64,000 nt of DNA. Origin: Hypanus sabinus (Eukaryota). The position numbers were made by a program, and so were the translations under genes. The stretch covers positions 30,690,001-30,754,000 of the forward strand of contig NC_082734.1 in NCBI RefSeq assembly GCF_030144855.1. Reading direction: 5' to 3'. The notes under the pieces are model-generated. The model saw only the letters and a list, made by a program, of their open reading frames with translations, searched no databases and was not told the DNA's origin. Below, in pieces: positions 12,225-24,624 of the stretch (position 1 is its first letter; each line of letters starts with the position of its first letter).

Positions 12225-12829
12225 ACTCACACTTTCCATGGAAGAGTTGCTCCAGTATTTCAGCAGTAATTAATAACTAACCTTTCCTTGCAGATTTTCA
12301 GTTTAGAAATAATTATTGTTTATTGCGATCCGTATGTCCGTTTTAACCCTGCACTCGCTCTCATTACCCTGTGTCCTGTCACGGAGCATTTTCCCCTTTT
12401 GTTATCGGCTTGTTTCCGTCTTCAGACATGCACACACACAACTATATACAAAGTGCATCGTTGTGAGGCAGTTACTTGCTGTAACTGATTCGCTTTATCG
12501 CCAACAGTTCCCTGTGCTGGAACTGTCCTGCGTCTTATTTGTACTTGTGATTCAGTATAGGTTCACGGTTTTTTCACATTGCAGTCTCGGCCTCCGTCGT
12601 AACTTATGAACTGCGAACCGTCCATAGCCGGATGCGTTTCAAATTAAAACAAAATCCTGTCGTGTTCTGATTCCGTATTTGTACCGATCGATGATTAAAA
12701 TGAAAATTAAATTCACTCTCATATCGGAATACTAACTTTCGGCGACCCTGCTGGTGAATGTAATTGTAATTAATGTGCATTAATTGCTTGTTTGTGGATT
12801 CTTTTCGGGAGTTATTAACCCGATTTGTC

Positions 12830-13500
12830 GTCTTTTGCGCATTGGTTGTGATCAGTCTTTGTTGGGTATTTTATGTGCCTTTGTTTTGTGGGTTCCTGAA
12901 AGAAGAATTTCAAGACTGTGTATAGTGTACATAAATTGGTAATTTTACTTTGAAACATTACTTTGCTCTCAGCAAAGTGAAGTTCCGGGTTGAAAGTGGT
13001 GACACGGGTGTACTCTGATAATAAATTTTACTTTGAACTGTAAACTAAATTCACACAGTATAAGTGGATCAGGATCATGTTGTCTTTCTCACAGGCATAT
13101 GTACATAACAGTCCGAACATAAACTTTTATATAAAGTTATTTTCCTCCTGACTGACTTTACAAATTTCACAATTTTATTTGTTTTTCAATTATTTCCGCG
13201 ATTTATCCTCCTGCACATTGGTTGGTCATCGGTCTTTAAGTATGGTTTCTGGTGGATTCAATGGTCTTTGTTTTGCGGGTTTCTGCGAGAAGAATTTCAA
13301 GGCTGTACATTGTCCACACGGTTTGATAATTTTACTTTGAACATTAAACTTAATTCGCGCAGTCTATTATAAACGGATCAGGATCATGTGGCCCCATTCA
13401 CAAACCGTGTAATATAAATACACACACAAACATTCGGATGGTTCTCTAAAATTATCTTTCTCTTCGCGGCCGTTGCAACTTTCACAATTTTAGTGGTCTG
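12830..13500 (+). repeat. AT-rich spacer with degenerate direct duplications (three ...TAA(A)TTTTACTTTGAA motifs; duplicated GGATCAGGATCATG block); present in later units
   Basis: ~12830-12960 resembles ~13205-13345; ~13065-13180 resembles ~13375-13495. Confidence 0.6.
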
Positions 13501-13832
13501 GCCGTTAGTTTTGGCGCTTCTCCTGTTGTCTGTTCATTGGCGATTCTGATCGGGCGTTTCCAACTGGGACTGAGAAATGAGATTAGGCAATTTACCGCCA
13601 ATCAAGCACCGCTCTGCAGTCATCCAGAAGCAAAAAAATATTAATTTTCGGTAATATACGGGACGTGGATAGAGGCCAGGTTCAGAGAGCGCGCTCCGTC
13701 TGCAGATTAATATTATTTTCAGGGGAGGAAAAGCGCTTCAGACAGTGTGTAATAAACTAGGTTAGACGCGCAGATGGAAAACACCCGGAGTCTCCCCAGT
13801 CTGTATCAGCCCTTTCCGTAGACAATATAGGT

Positions 13833-13848
13833 GGCTCTGAAAAGAGCC
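13833..13848 (-). terminator. Histone stem-loop (H2A copy 2)
   Basis: GGCTCTTTTCAGAGCC. Confidence 0.9.
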
Positions 13849-13878
13849 TTTGGGTCTTTTAACTGACGTTTCACTTGC

Positions 13879-14271
13879 TTATTTGCCCTTGGGGTTGGTG
13901 GGACCGCAGGATTTCTTGGGCAAAAGCACGGCCTGCATATTGGGCAGTACCCCGCCCTGAGCGATGGTCACCCCTCCCAGCAGCTTGTTGAGCTCCTCGT
14001 CGTTGCGGACGGCCAGCTGCAGGTGTCTGGGGATGATGCGGGTCTTCTTGTCGTCTCGGGCCGCGTTGCCGGCCAGCTCGCGGATTTCAGCCGTCAGGTA
14101 CTCGAGTACAGCAGCCAGGTAGACTGGGGCTCCGGCACCCACCCGTTCAGCATAATTACCCTTTCCCAGGTGCCTGTGAACACGGCCCACCGGGAACTGC
14201 AGGCCGGCCCGGGGCGAGCGAGACTTGGGCTTGTTCTTAACCTTACCCCTGGTTTTCCCTCATCCACTCAT
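13879..14271 (-). pseudogene. H2A: H2A pseudogene (copy 2)
   Basis: ATG AGT GGA TGA (stop at 14260-14262); also R35G, L63R, N73D, I111M and N-tail changes. Confidence 0.92.
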
Positions 14272-17200
14272 TTTCACACACTCCTAAACAGAGAATGAGA
14301 AAATTGTTCCGGTTTCGCCGTTTTTATAGGTTCTGGGGGATTGCGGAGGGGCACATACGATTGGTGCTGCAGCACTTTCTCCAATTGCTGATTTGGAATT
14401 AGCCATCAGCGAGTTGTCCAATTCTCCAATGAGCAGACGGCAGCGGGAAAAGTGCGGAAAATGACTGTCAGTACCTAAAATTACCTGAAATTTGAAAAGC
14501 CCGCCAAGGGAAAAAAAATTAAACTGTAGTCCAAAGAAAAGCTGTCAGCAATATCTGAGCGAGCATAGACTGCCCACATGACCCGTCCTGTTCTGTCCGC
14601 ACGGAAAGTGAATTAATTATATCATAACTGTCTCTGGGAATGTATCCCTTTTTGTGAAAACACATCACATCATCGAAGGCATTACTTCATAACTCGAATA
14701 CAAACAACAGCAAACACAAAATCCTATTCAACTTCATTCATTGTCGCCGAAAAGTTTCACTGGGACAAGTGTTTGAAAATGGAGACCAACTAATGGAGAG
14801 GAAGGGGAAGTTCCGTGTTAGTCCAGTGTGCAGGAACACTAGAATTTCAGCAGGTAGTGGGACGACTAATTGTCATCATCAAAATTCTGATAAACTTTAT
14901 CTCCTAAGACTGAAATATTGAAGCAGTTGCAGAAAAATATTGTTGAAATATTAAGATAAATCTTTCTTGGAAAGATAGAGCCATTTGGCTTTCAGCATCC
15001 TTTGGCGATATGCTTGGAGCTGGTGTATTCTTCACCTTCTTGGTCCCTACAAACACGGTGCTGTAGTCTTTGCCAGACTGCTACAGTATCCAGAACTCCA
15101 GCAATCTTGGTATCATCCACAAATTTACTAACCCGCCCTTCTACATTTTACACAGGCCATTTATATACATCACAAACAGCAGAGGTCCCTGCACAGATCA
15201 CTGCAGACCTCCAGCTCGAATCGGTCCCTTCAACCGTGACCCTCTGTCTTCTAGTGGCAAGCCAATTCTGATTCCAAACAGACAGTTCGCGGCAGATCCC
15301 ATGCATCTTAATCTTCTAGATTCATCTCCCATGAGGGAATTCGTCAAATGCCAATATGAGCCTTACCCTCATCAATCTCTCCTGTTGCCTTGTCAAACTC
15401 AGTCAAGTTGGTAAAATACGAAAAGACATGCTCAAAGCAATGTTGGCTCTCCCAACTAGGCCATGGGTTTCCAAATGATCATATATCCTATCCTTAAGAG
15501 ACTTCTCCAGCAATTTTCCAAAAACTAAAGTGGGACTCATCAGTTTATAGTTCCCAGGATTTTCTCTCGATCCCTTCTTAAATGGAGGTACAACATTGGA
15601 CACTCACCAGTCCTTCAGGGTCTCACCTGTTTCTAGTAAAGACATGAAGATAATCCAGGAAACGCTGGAAATAATTACCAGATGTGGCGTGTTCTGTTAG
15701 TGTTACAGGATTTTCTGTTTTTGTTTTAGATTTTCAGTATTTGTCGATTTTTTTAATGTTCGCGTTTCTACAACTGGTTGTAGTAAAGATCTATGTCCTA
15801 CAGTACGATGCTGAAGTTGTTTATCAGAGAGAGTTAGAGCGTAATACTGGGATTGCCCAGCTCTGGGCCATCAGTGGTCTTTTTTCTTAAATCCCCAACC
15901 TGGTATTAAGGAGTGGTGTGTTGTATTGGTCTGTGTCCTCACTGGCCGGTCCTGTGTTCAGGCAGCTCAGTGTACTTGGAATACAGTGCCAGTGTCTTAA
16001 CAGAAGTGTGTCCTTACTTAACAAACTAAGATTGTCCATTCTGAACTCTAAACGTCGGTGGGATGTGGTACGAGGGTATATATGGCCACAAGAGACCATT
16101 TGACTCATCCAGTAGGTGCTATCACCTTGTACAGCGCTCTCATCAGTCCTGTGCCCCACTCACTCCTAACCACTCTGCAGGTCATTTCCCCTGAAGGACC
16201 CCTGCAGACAGACTCCCACATGAGAACCACACTCAGAGGAATTCAGGACAACAGGAGCAGGAGTTCCCACCTGGCACCTCACCCCTTTCCCACTACCCAA
16301 TGTGATCATGGATCTGTCCCAGGCCTCAGCTCCTCTTCTATACCAGTTGTACATCACCCTCATATCCCTGGTCTTTCCAAATTGTATCTCCCTCCTCTTT
16401 AAATTCCTCCAGTGAACCATCCTCCAAGTTTTCCTCACCCTTTGCAAGTCTTTCCAGCACTTCAACTTTAAATGACCACTCCCTCACCTGTGTCCCACCA
16501 TTCCAGCTTCAGCCACTGGTAGAAACATCACAACATCTCCCTGTCAACACCCCTAAGGGACCTAGTGATGTTCAAGAAAGTCACTCCTCATGTTTCTTAA
16601 CCCTGAAGGATGTGTATCTGACTTCTTTGGAAATTTGTAATAAAACAACTCTGTCATCCCTGGAATTGTCCTGTTGAATCCATTGAGTGATCTGTTGTTC
16701 AGTGAGGGGACCAGAACTGTCCCCAGCCCTCCAGTGTGACCACAACAATTCCCTGTAAAACGAAAAAGATAATTCCCTATTTCTGATCTCCAACCCACCT
16801 TTAATAAAGACCAATGTACTATTTCCCTCTCACTAGACAAGATTAAATTCCATCTGCCATTCATCTGCCCGGTGGTCCAGATGATGAAGAATATGTCATG
16901 TCTAAGTCAATCCTCCTCACTATCTTCACATCAGCAGATTTTTTGTATCGTGCTGATCTCACCAACTACATTAACATCCAAGTTGTTGATGTCTACCGGA
17001 AACAGAAAGGATCCTAGCCCCAATCGACGTGACACACCACACCACTGGTCACAAACGTAGAGTGAGAAGAACAACTCTCCACCACTACCCTGTGCCTCCC
17101 ATAAGCCAAGCTGCTTTTAGACCCAGTTTGCACTTCACTTTGTATCTCGTGGGTTCTGATCGTTTGGATCAGACTCGCATGCCTGAAATGCAAAGGCCTC

Positions 17201-17380
17201 AGATAAGTCTATATAAACAACACTGCCCTCATCAGCATACTGTACTTACTTTCAACTTCTAAACATTTAGTGTGTGGGGGCCCAAAGGCAGTCGGCACCA
17301 CAGCAGACTACCTACGTTGGATTAAACTGTTAGTCCAATGTTGTCAGTACTGGCCTGAGGTGAAAACCCATCAAGATCAA

Positions 17381-20300
17381 GTCGGCCGAGGGTAAACTGC
17401 TAATTGTTCAGAGCAAAGTGAGATTTTTAACACTAGGGTAAAAGAGGGGCGAGACTGCGCAGGCGCATGACATCAGCCGGTTTTTAAATGAAGATCGCTG
17501 TATCCAGCGGACAACGGACTGAGAGGCAGCAGAGTGGTAGGGCTTTGGCCCAATGGACTTAGGCGGTAATGGGCAAAGGCAAGGTAGGAAGCATGTGTGC
17601 GAAGCCAGTTTTCTGTGCTCAGTGTCAGATGTGGGGGGATCCTGGAGTCTCCCAGCCTCCCGGACGGCCATGTCTGCACCAGGTGTGTTGAGCTGCAGCT
17701 CCTGAGGGAACCGAGTTGGGGAACTGGAGATGCAGGTCGATGACCTTCGCCTGGTCAGGGAAGCAAGGAGGTGATAGAGAGGAGTTATAGGCCGGTGGTC
17801 ACACCGGGGTCACAGGAGACAGACAAGTCGGTTACAGTCCGGAGGGGGAAGGAAAAGATTCAGGTACTACAGAGTATCCCTGTGGCTGTACCCCTTGACA
17901 AGAAGTACTCCTGTTATACTGTAGGGGGGACAGCCTACCTGGGGGAAGCGACAGTGGTCATGCCTCTGGCACGGAGTCTGGCCCTGTGGCTAAGAAGGGT
18001 AAGGAAGGGAAGAGTGACAGTAGTGACAAGGGACTGTATAGTTAAGGGGTTAGACAGGCGATTCTGTGAATGCAGGAATGAAACTCGGATGGTAATTTGC
18101 CTCCCAGGTGCCAGGGTCCGGGATTTTCGGATCGCATCCAAAATATCCTGCCTTGGGAGGGTGAACAGCCAGAGGTCGTGGTACAAATTGGTACCGATTA
18201 CGTAGGTAGGAAAAGGGAAGAGGCCCTGAAGAACGACTACACGGAGTGTGGAAGGAAGTTGAAAACCTGGACGGCAAATGCAGTCATCTCGGTATTACTG
18301 CCTGTGCCACGCGGCAGTGAGGATCGGAATACAATGTGGAGGATAAATATGTGGCTGGGGGAATTGAGCAGGTGGCAGGGGTTCAGATTTCTTGATCATT
18401 GGGAGCTCTTTTGGAGCAGGTGTCACCTGTACAAAAAAGATGGGTTGTACTTTCCCAGGGAGACCAATAACCTGGCAGGGAGGTTTGCTAAGGCCAATGG
18501 GGACAATTTAAACTAGATTTGTTGGGGGTTGGGAACCGAACTGAAGAGATTGGGGAAGAGGAGGTTAGCTCACAAATAGAGAAAGCTCGTAGACAGTGCG
18601 AGAAGGAGGATAGGCAGATGATAGAGATAGATAATCTCAGACTAGAGGCTTGAGATGTGTCTATTTTAATGCAAGGAGTGTTGTGAACAAAGCGAATGAG
18701 CTTAGAGCGTGGATCAGTACTTGGAGATATGATGTGGTGGCCATTACGGAGACTTGGATGCCTCAGCGACCGGATTGGTTACTTCAAGTGCCGGGTTTTG
18801 GATGTTTCATAAAGGACAGGGATGGAAGCAAAAGAGTTAAGGGCGTTGCACTGCTGATCAGAGATAGTGTCATGGCTGCAGAAAATATGGACGCCATGGA
18901 AGGATTGTATACGGAGTCTCTGTGGGTGGAGCTCAGGAACAGGAAGGGGTCAATAACTTTACTGGGTGCTTTTTGTAGGCAGCCCAATAGCAATTGAGGT
19001 ATTGATCAGCAGATACGGAAACAGTTCCTGGGAAGGTGTAATAACAACAAGAGTTGTCATGATGGGAGATTTTAATTTTCCAAATATCAATTGGCATCTC
19101 CCTAGAGCAATGGGTTTAGATGGGGTGGTGTTTGTTAGGTGTGTTCAGGAAGGTGTCTTGACACTGTATGCAGATATGCCTACAAGAGGAGAGGCTGTAC
19201 TTGATTTGGTATTGGGAAATGAACCTGGTCAGATGTCAGATCTCTCGGTGGGAGAGCATTTTGGAGATAGTGATCATAATTCCATCTCCTTTATAACAAC
19301 ATTGGAGAGAGACAGGAACAGACAAGTTAGAAAAGCGTTTAATTGGAGTAAGGGGAATTATGAGGCTATCAGGCTGGAAATTGGAGGCTTCCATTGGAAA
19401 CAGATGTTCTCAGGGAAAAGTACGGAAGAAATGTGGCAAATATTCAGAGGATATTTTTGTAGAGTTCTGTATAGGTACTTTCCAATGAGACAGGGAAGTA
19501 ATTGTAGGGTACAGGAACCGTGGTGTACAAAAGCTGTAATAGATATAATCAACAAGAAATGAAAAGCTTAGAAAAGGTTCAGGGAGCCAGTTAATGTTAG
19601 AGATCTAGAAGATTATAAGGCTACTAGAACTAAGTTGCAAAAGGAAATTAGGAGAGCCAGAAGGGGCCATGAGTTGGCCTTGGGGGGCAGGATTAAGGAA
19701 AGCCCAGTGCATTCTACAAGTATGTGAAGAGCAGGAGGATAAGACGTGAAAGAATAGGACCTATCAAGTGTGACAGTGCGAAAGTGTGTATGGAACCGAA
19801 GGAAATAGAAGTGGTACTCAATGAATACTTTACTTCAGTATTCACTATGGAAAAGGATCTTACTGATGACTTGCAGCAGACTGAAAAGCTTCAGCATGTA
19901 GATAATAAGAAAGAGGATGTGCTGGAGCATTTGGAAATCATCAAGTTGGATAAGTTGCCGGGACCGGACGAAATGTACCCGAGACTACGGTGGGAGGCGA
20001 GGGAGGAGAATGCTGAGCCTCTGATGATGATCTTTGCGTATTCAGTGGGGACAGGAGAGATTCCAGAGGATTGGAGGGTTGTGAACGTTGTACCTTTATT
20101 CAAGTAAGGGAATAGAGATATCCCAGGAAATTATAGAACAGTGAGTCTTACCTCAGTGGTTGGTAATTGATGGAGGAGATCCTGAGAGGCAGGATTTATG
20201 AACATCTGGAGAGGTCTAATTGTCATGGTCCAGTCCGTGAAGACCGCGTTCTGGTTCATGGTCCGGTCCATTAAGTCCAGACTCGGGGTCTTCTAGCTTT

Positions 20301-22737
20301 CCGTTGTTTCATTCGGGCTTAATCATAGGCACCTGATTCTCATATTGGGACCTGGAATATAAGTGCCCCTGGGTTCGAGTGCAGATGTTGGTTTGTTTTG
20401 TAGGTATCCTGTCCTTGGCCCCGTGGGGTAAGTCAGGCTGGTCTTGCTGTCAACCTATGGTGGGATCTGTCCCTTCCTGTCCTTGCCTCCGGTGGGTAAG
20501 TCAGCTGTCCTTGCCGTTACCTTGAGGCTGGGCTGGGCACTTCCTTCCCTCTGAAGCCTTGCCGGTTACCTCACCTGCGTCCTTGCGTGTATTGCCGTCA
20601 AGTTCAGCAGCCGGAGTGAGACCGGAGCCTTGCCATGCCAACAGAAGGAACTATATATCGTTAAGCGTGGAACTGTCTCTTTGTGTCCCTGTGTTTAGTG
20701 TCCATGTATGAGTGCCGGTCCTATGTCCTATCCCCAGGAGGGGACCTGACTCTGTGTAAAGCCCCGGCCCTACGTCCTGTTCCCAAGAAAGGATCCTGGC
20801 TCTGTGTTCTGTGTTATTGTGCTCTAGTCCTAGTCTGAGTGTTCCTGTGCTCAAGTCCAAGGTTCCGAGGAGGTTCCATTCCATGTCCAAGGCTCCAAGG
20901 AGGTTCCAGTCCATGACCAAGTCCAAGTCGTAGCCCAGGCCCTGATTCCTGGTCCCGTCCGGGGCGAGTGTCCATGTCCAGCTATACCTCTCCACGCTTC
21001 TGCTTTGCTCTCCCTCGACCTAGGCTCTGTGTTCCTGCTCTCCGTCGATCAAGACCAAGTCTGAGCTTCATGTCCTCGTCCAGGTCTGAGCTTCATGTCT
21101 TTGTCCAGCCCTGGAGTCCCGCATCCTGCCCCACGTCCAGTCCTGTTGCCTTGCCACGTCCAGTCCTCACCTGGATCCGGTGTCTGAGCCCGAGTCAAGA
21201 CCCAAGTTCCGGGTCCCTGTCTCATCTCTGGCTCGGAGTCCTTGCCCAGGTTCCCAGTTCCTAGTTCCTCGTCAAGGCTCCACTTTCCTGTCCATGTCAG
21301 GTCCTAGCCCATGACCTGACTCTGAGTCTTGTCCAGTGTCGTTTCTTCGCCACTTCCCTTGCTTTCTTGATACACCTAGTCCTCTCCCTAGTACTTCAGA
21401 GTCTGTGTCTTGCATTTGGGTCCGTTCCCAATGCCCTCCTTATGACAATAATATGACTAGGAGTAGCAAACACGGATTGGTCAAGGGCAGGTCGTGCCTT
21501 ACGAGCCTGATTGAATTTTTTTCAGGATGTGACTAAACACATTGAAGAAGGAAGAGCAGTAGATGTAGAGTATATGGATTTCAGCAAGGCATTTGATAAG
21601 GTACCCCTCGCAAAGCTTATTAAGGAAGTAAGGAGGCATGGGATCCAAGGGGACATTGCTTTGTGGATCCAGAACTGGCTTGCCCACAGAAGGCAAAGAG
21701 TGGTTGTAGACGTATCATAATCTGCCTGGAGTTTGGTCACCAGTGGAGTGCCTCAGGGATCTGTTCTGGGACCCTTCCTCTTCGTGATCTTTATAAATGA
21801 CCTGGACGAGGAAGTGGAGGGATGGGGTAGTAGGTTTGCTGATGACACAAAGGTTGGAGGTGTTGTGGACAGTGTGGAGGGCTGTCAAAGGTACAGCGGG
21901 ACAAGAATAGGATGCAAAACTGGGCTGACAAGTGGCAGATAGAGCTCAACCCAGATATGTGTGAAGTGGTTCATTTCGGACGGTCAAATATGATGGCAGA
22001 ATATAGTATTAATGGTAAGGCTCTTGACAGTGTGGAGGATCGGATGTCTTGGGATCTGAGTCCATAGGACGCTCAAAGCAGTTGAGCAGATTGACTCTTT
22101 GGTTAAGAAGTCATACGGTTTATTGGCCTTCATCAATCGTGGGATTGAGTTCAGGAGCCGAGGGGTAATGTTGCATCTATATAGGACCCTGGTCAGATCC
22201 CACTTGGAGTACTGTGCTCAGTTCTGGTCGCCTCACTACGGGAAGGATGCGGAAGAGATAGCAAGGGTGCAGAGGAGATTTACAAGGATGTTGCCTGGAT
22301 TGGGGAGCATGCCTTGTGAGAATAGGTTGAGTGAACTTGGCCTTTTCTCCTTGGAGTGAAGGAGGATGACAGGTGACCTGATAGAGGTGTACTGGATGAT
22401 GAGAGGCATTGATCGTGTGGATAGTCAGAGGCTTTTTCCCAGGGCTGAAATGGTTGCTGCCACAAGAGGACACTGGTTTAAGGGGCTGGGGAGTAGGTAC
22501 AGAGGAGACGTCGGGGCAAGTTTTTTACTCAGAGTGGTGAGTGCGTGGAATGGGCCGCCGGTAACGATGATGAGGCGGATACGTTAGGGTCTTTTAAGAG
22601 CCTTTTAGATAGGCACATGGAGCTTCGAAAAATAGAGGGCTATATGTTAGCCTAGTAATTTCCGAGGTAGGGACATGATCGACACAAATTTGTGGGCCGA
22701 AGGGCCTGTATTCTGCTGTACGCTTTCTATCTTTCTA
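17381..22737 (+). mobile_element. Near full-length CR1 LINE (ORF1 Zn-finger + SGNH esterase; ORF2 APE + RT), decayed and interrupted by a solo LTR
   Basis: CAQCQMW..GHVCTRC, CLPGARV, IGTD; [42 protein letters not shown]; TTTCTAT tail; empty site at ~11190. Confidence 0.93.
20221..21447 (+). mobile_element. Solo LTR (~1.23 kb) inside CR1 ORF2
   Basis: TGTCAT...ATGACA termini; 5-bp TSD (C)TAAT/ATAAT; CR1 reading resumes on both sides; orientation inferred from TATA-like GAATATAAG near the left end. Confidence 0.85.
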
Positions 22738-24185
22738 ATACCCTTTAGGGGAGGAAATCTGCCGTCCTTTCGACAGCCTCTGTGCAACTCCAGGCACAGT
22801 GGTGTGACAGACCACTGCCGTTTGAAATAGGTCAGAAAGTCACTCCAGATGGACTGGGTATTGGGAGACATTGCTGGCAATTTGTACTTGTGATTCAGTA
22901 TAGGTGCACGGTTTTTTCACATTGCCGTCTCGGCTTCGATAAGTTATGTACAGCGAACCGTCCATAGCCGGATGCGTTTCAAATTAAAACAGAACCCTGT
23001 CATATTCTGATTCCGTATTTGTACCGATCGGTGATTAAAATGAAAATTGAATTCAGTCACTCTCATATCGGAATACTGACTTTCGGCGACCCTGCTGCTG
23101 AATGTAATTGTAATTAATGTGAATTAATTGCTTGTTTGTGTTTTTTTGGGATTAGTAACCCGATTCGTCGTCTTTTGCGCATTGGTTGCAGTCAGTCTTT
23201 GTTGGGTAGTTTATGTGCCTTTGTTTTGTGGGTTCCCGAAAGAAGAATTTCAAGACTGTGTATAGTGTACATGATTTGGTAATTTTACTCTGAAACATTA
23301 CCTTGCTCTCAGCAAAGTGAAGTTCCGGGTTGAAAGTAGTGACACGGGTGTACTCTGATAATAAATTTTCTCTTCAACTGTAAACTAAATTCACACAGTA
23401 TAAGTGGATCAGGATCATGGTGTCTTTCTCACAGGCATATGTGTATAGCAGTCCGAACATAAACTTTTATATAAAGTTATTTTCCTCCTGACTGACTTTA
23501 CAAATTTCACAATTTTATTTGTTTTTCAATTATTTGCGTGATTTATCCTCCTGCACATTGGTTGGTCATCGGTCTTTAAGTATGGTTTCTGGTGGATTCA
23601 ATTGTCTTTGTTTTGCGGGTTTCTGCAAGAAGACTTTCAAGGCTGTACATTGTCTACACAGTTTGATAATTTTACTTTGAACATTAAAAGTAATTCGCGC
23701 AGTCTATTATAAACGGATCAGGATCATGTGGCCCCGTTCACAAACCGTGTAATATAAATACACACACAAACTTTCGGACGGTTCTATAAAATTATCTTTC
23801 TCTTGGCGGACGTTAAAACTTTCACAATTTTAGTGGTCTGGCCGTTAGTTTTGGCGCTTCTCCTATTGCCTGTTCATTGGCGATTAAGGACGCTCTCTTT
23901 TCGGGCGTTTCCAACTGGGACTGAGAAATGAGATTAGGCAATTTACCGCCAATCAAGCACCGCTCTGCAGTCATCCAGAAGCAAAAAAAAATATTAATTT
24001 TCGGTAATATACGGGACGAGGATGGAGGCCAGGTTCAGAGAGCGCGCTCCGTCTGCAGATTAATATTATTTTCAGGGGAGGAAAAGCGCTTCAGACAGTG
24101 TGTAATAAACTAGGTTAGACGCGCAGATGGAAAACACCCGGAGTCTCCCCAGTCTGTATCAGCCCTTTCTGTAGACAATATAGGT

Positions 24186-24201
24186 GGCTCTGAAAAGAAC
24201 C
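24186..24201 (-). terminator. Histone stem-loop variant (H2A copy 3)
   Basis: GGTTCTTTTCAGAGCC (one U-G wobble). Confidence 0.85.
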
Positions 24202-24231
24202 TTTGGGTCTTTCCACTAAAGTTTCACATGT

Positions 24232-24624
24232 TTATTTGCCCGTGGGGTTGGTGGGTCCGCAGGATTTCTTGGGCAAAAGCACGGCCTGGATATTGGGCAG
24301 TACCCCGCCCTGAGCGATGGTCACCCCTCCCAGCAGCTTGTTGAGCTCCTCGTCGTTGCGGACGGCCAGCTGCAGGTGTCTGGGGATGATGCGGGTCTTC
24401 TTGTTGTCTCGGGCCGCGTTGCCGGCCAACTCGAGGATTTCAGCCGTCAGGTACTCGAGTACAGCAGCCAGGTAGACTGGGGCTCCGGCACCCACTCGTT
24501 CAGCATAATTACCCTTTCTCAGGTGCCTGTGAACACGGCCCACCGGGAACTGCAGTCCGGCCCGAGACGAGCGAGACTTGGGCTTGCTCTTAGCCTTACC
24601 ACCGGTTTTCCCTCATCCACTCAT
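24232..24624 (-). pseudogene. H2A: H2A pseudogene (copy 3)
   Basis: TGA at codon 4 (24613-24615); remainder nearly intact. Confidence 0.92.

Noticed and set aside
13879-14190. 103-aa N-terminally truncated H2A ORFs (MGRVHR/MGRDHR) in copies 2, 3, 5, 6, 7
   Set aside because: They start at a GTG (Val27) chosen by the ORF caller; there is no evidence for non-AUG initiation, and several carry disruptive changes (V30D, L63R)
14260-14262. Codon-4 TGA as selenocysteine or programmed readthrough
   Set aside because: No SECIS-sized 3' UTR (the stem-loop lies ~30 nt after the stop), the TGA-G context is not a typical leaky one, it is a simple CpG transition, and the stop copies accumulate missense changes
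16060-16560. ~0.5 kb block with repeated short ORFs (MKCWKDLQRV...), absent from the oldest unit
   Set aside because: No recognisable domain, stops in alternative frames, and variation between units; probably an old repeat that cannot be classified by eye
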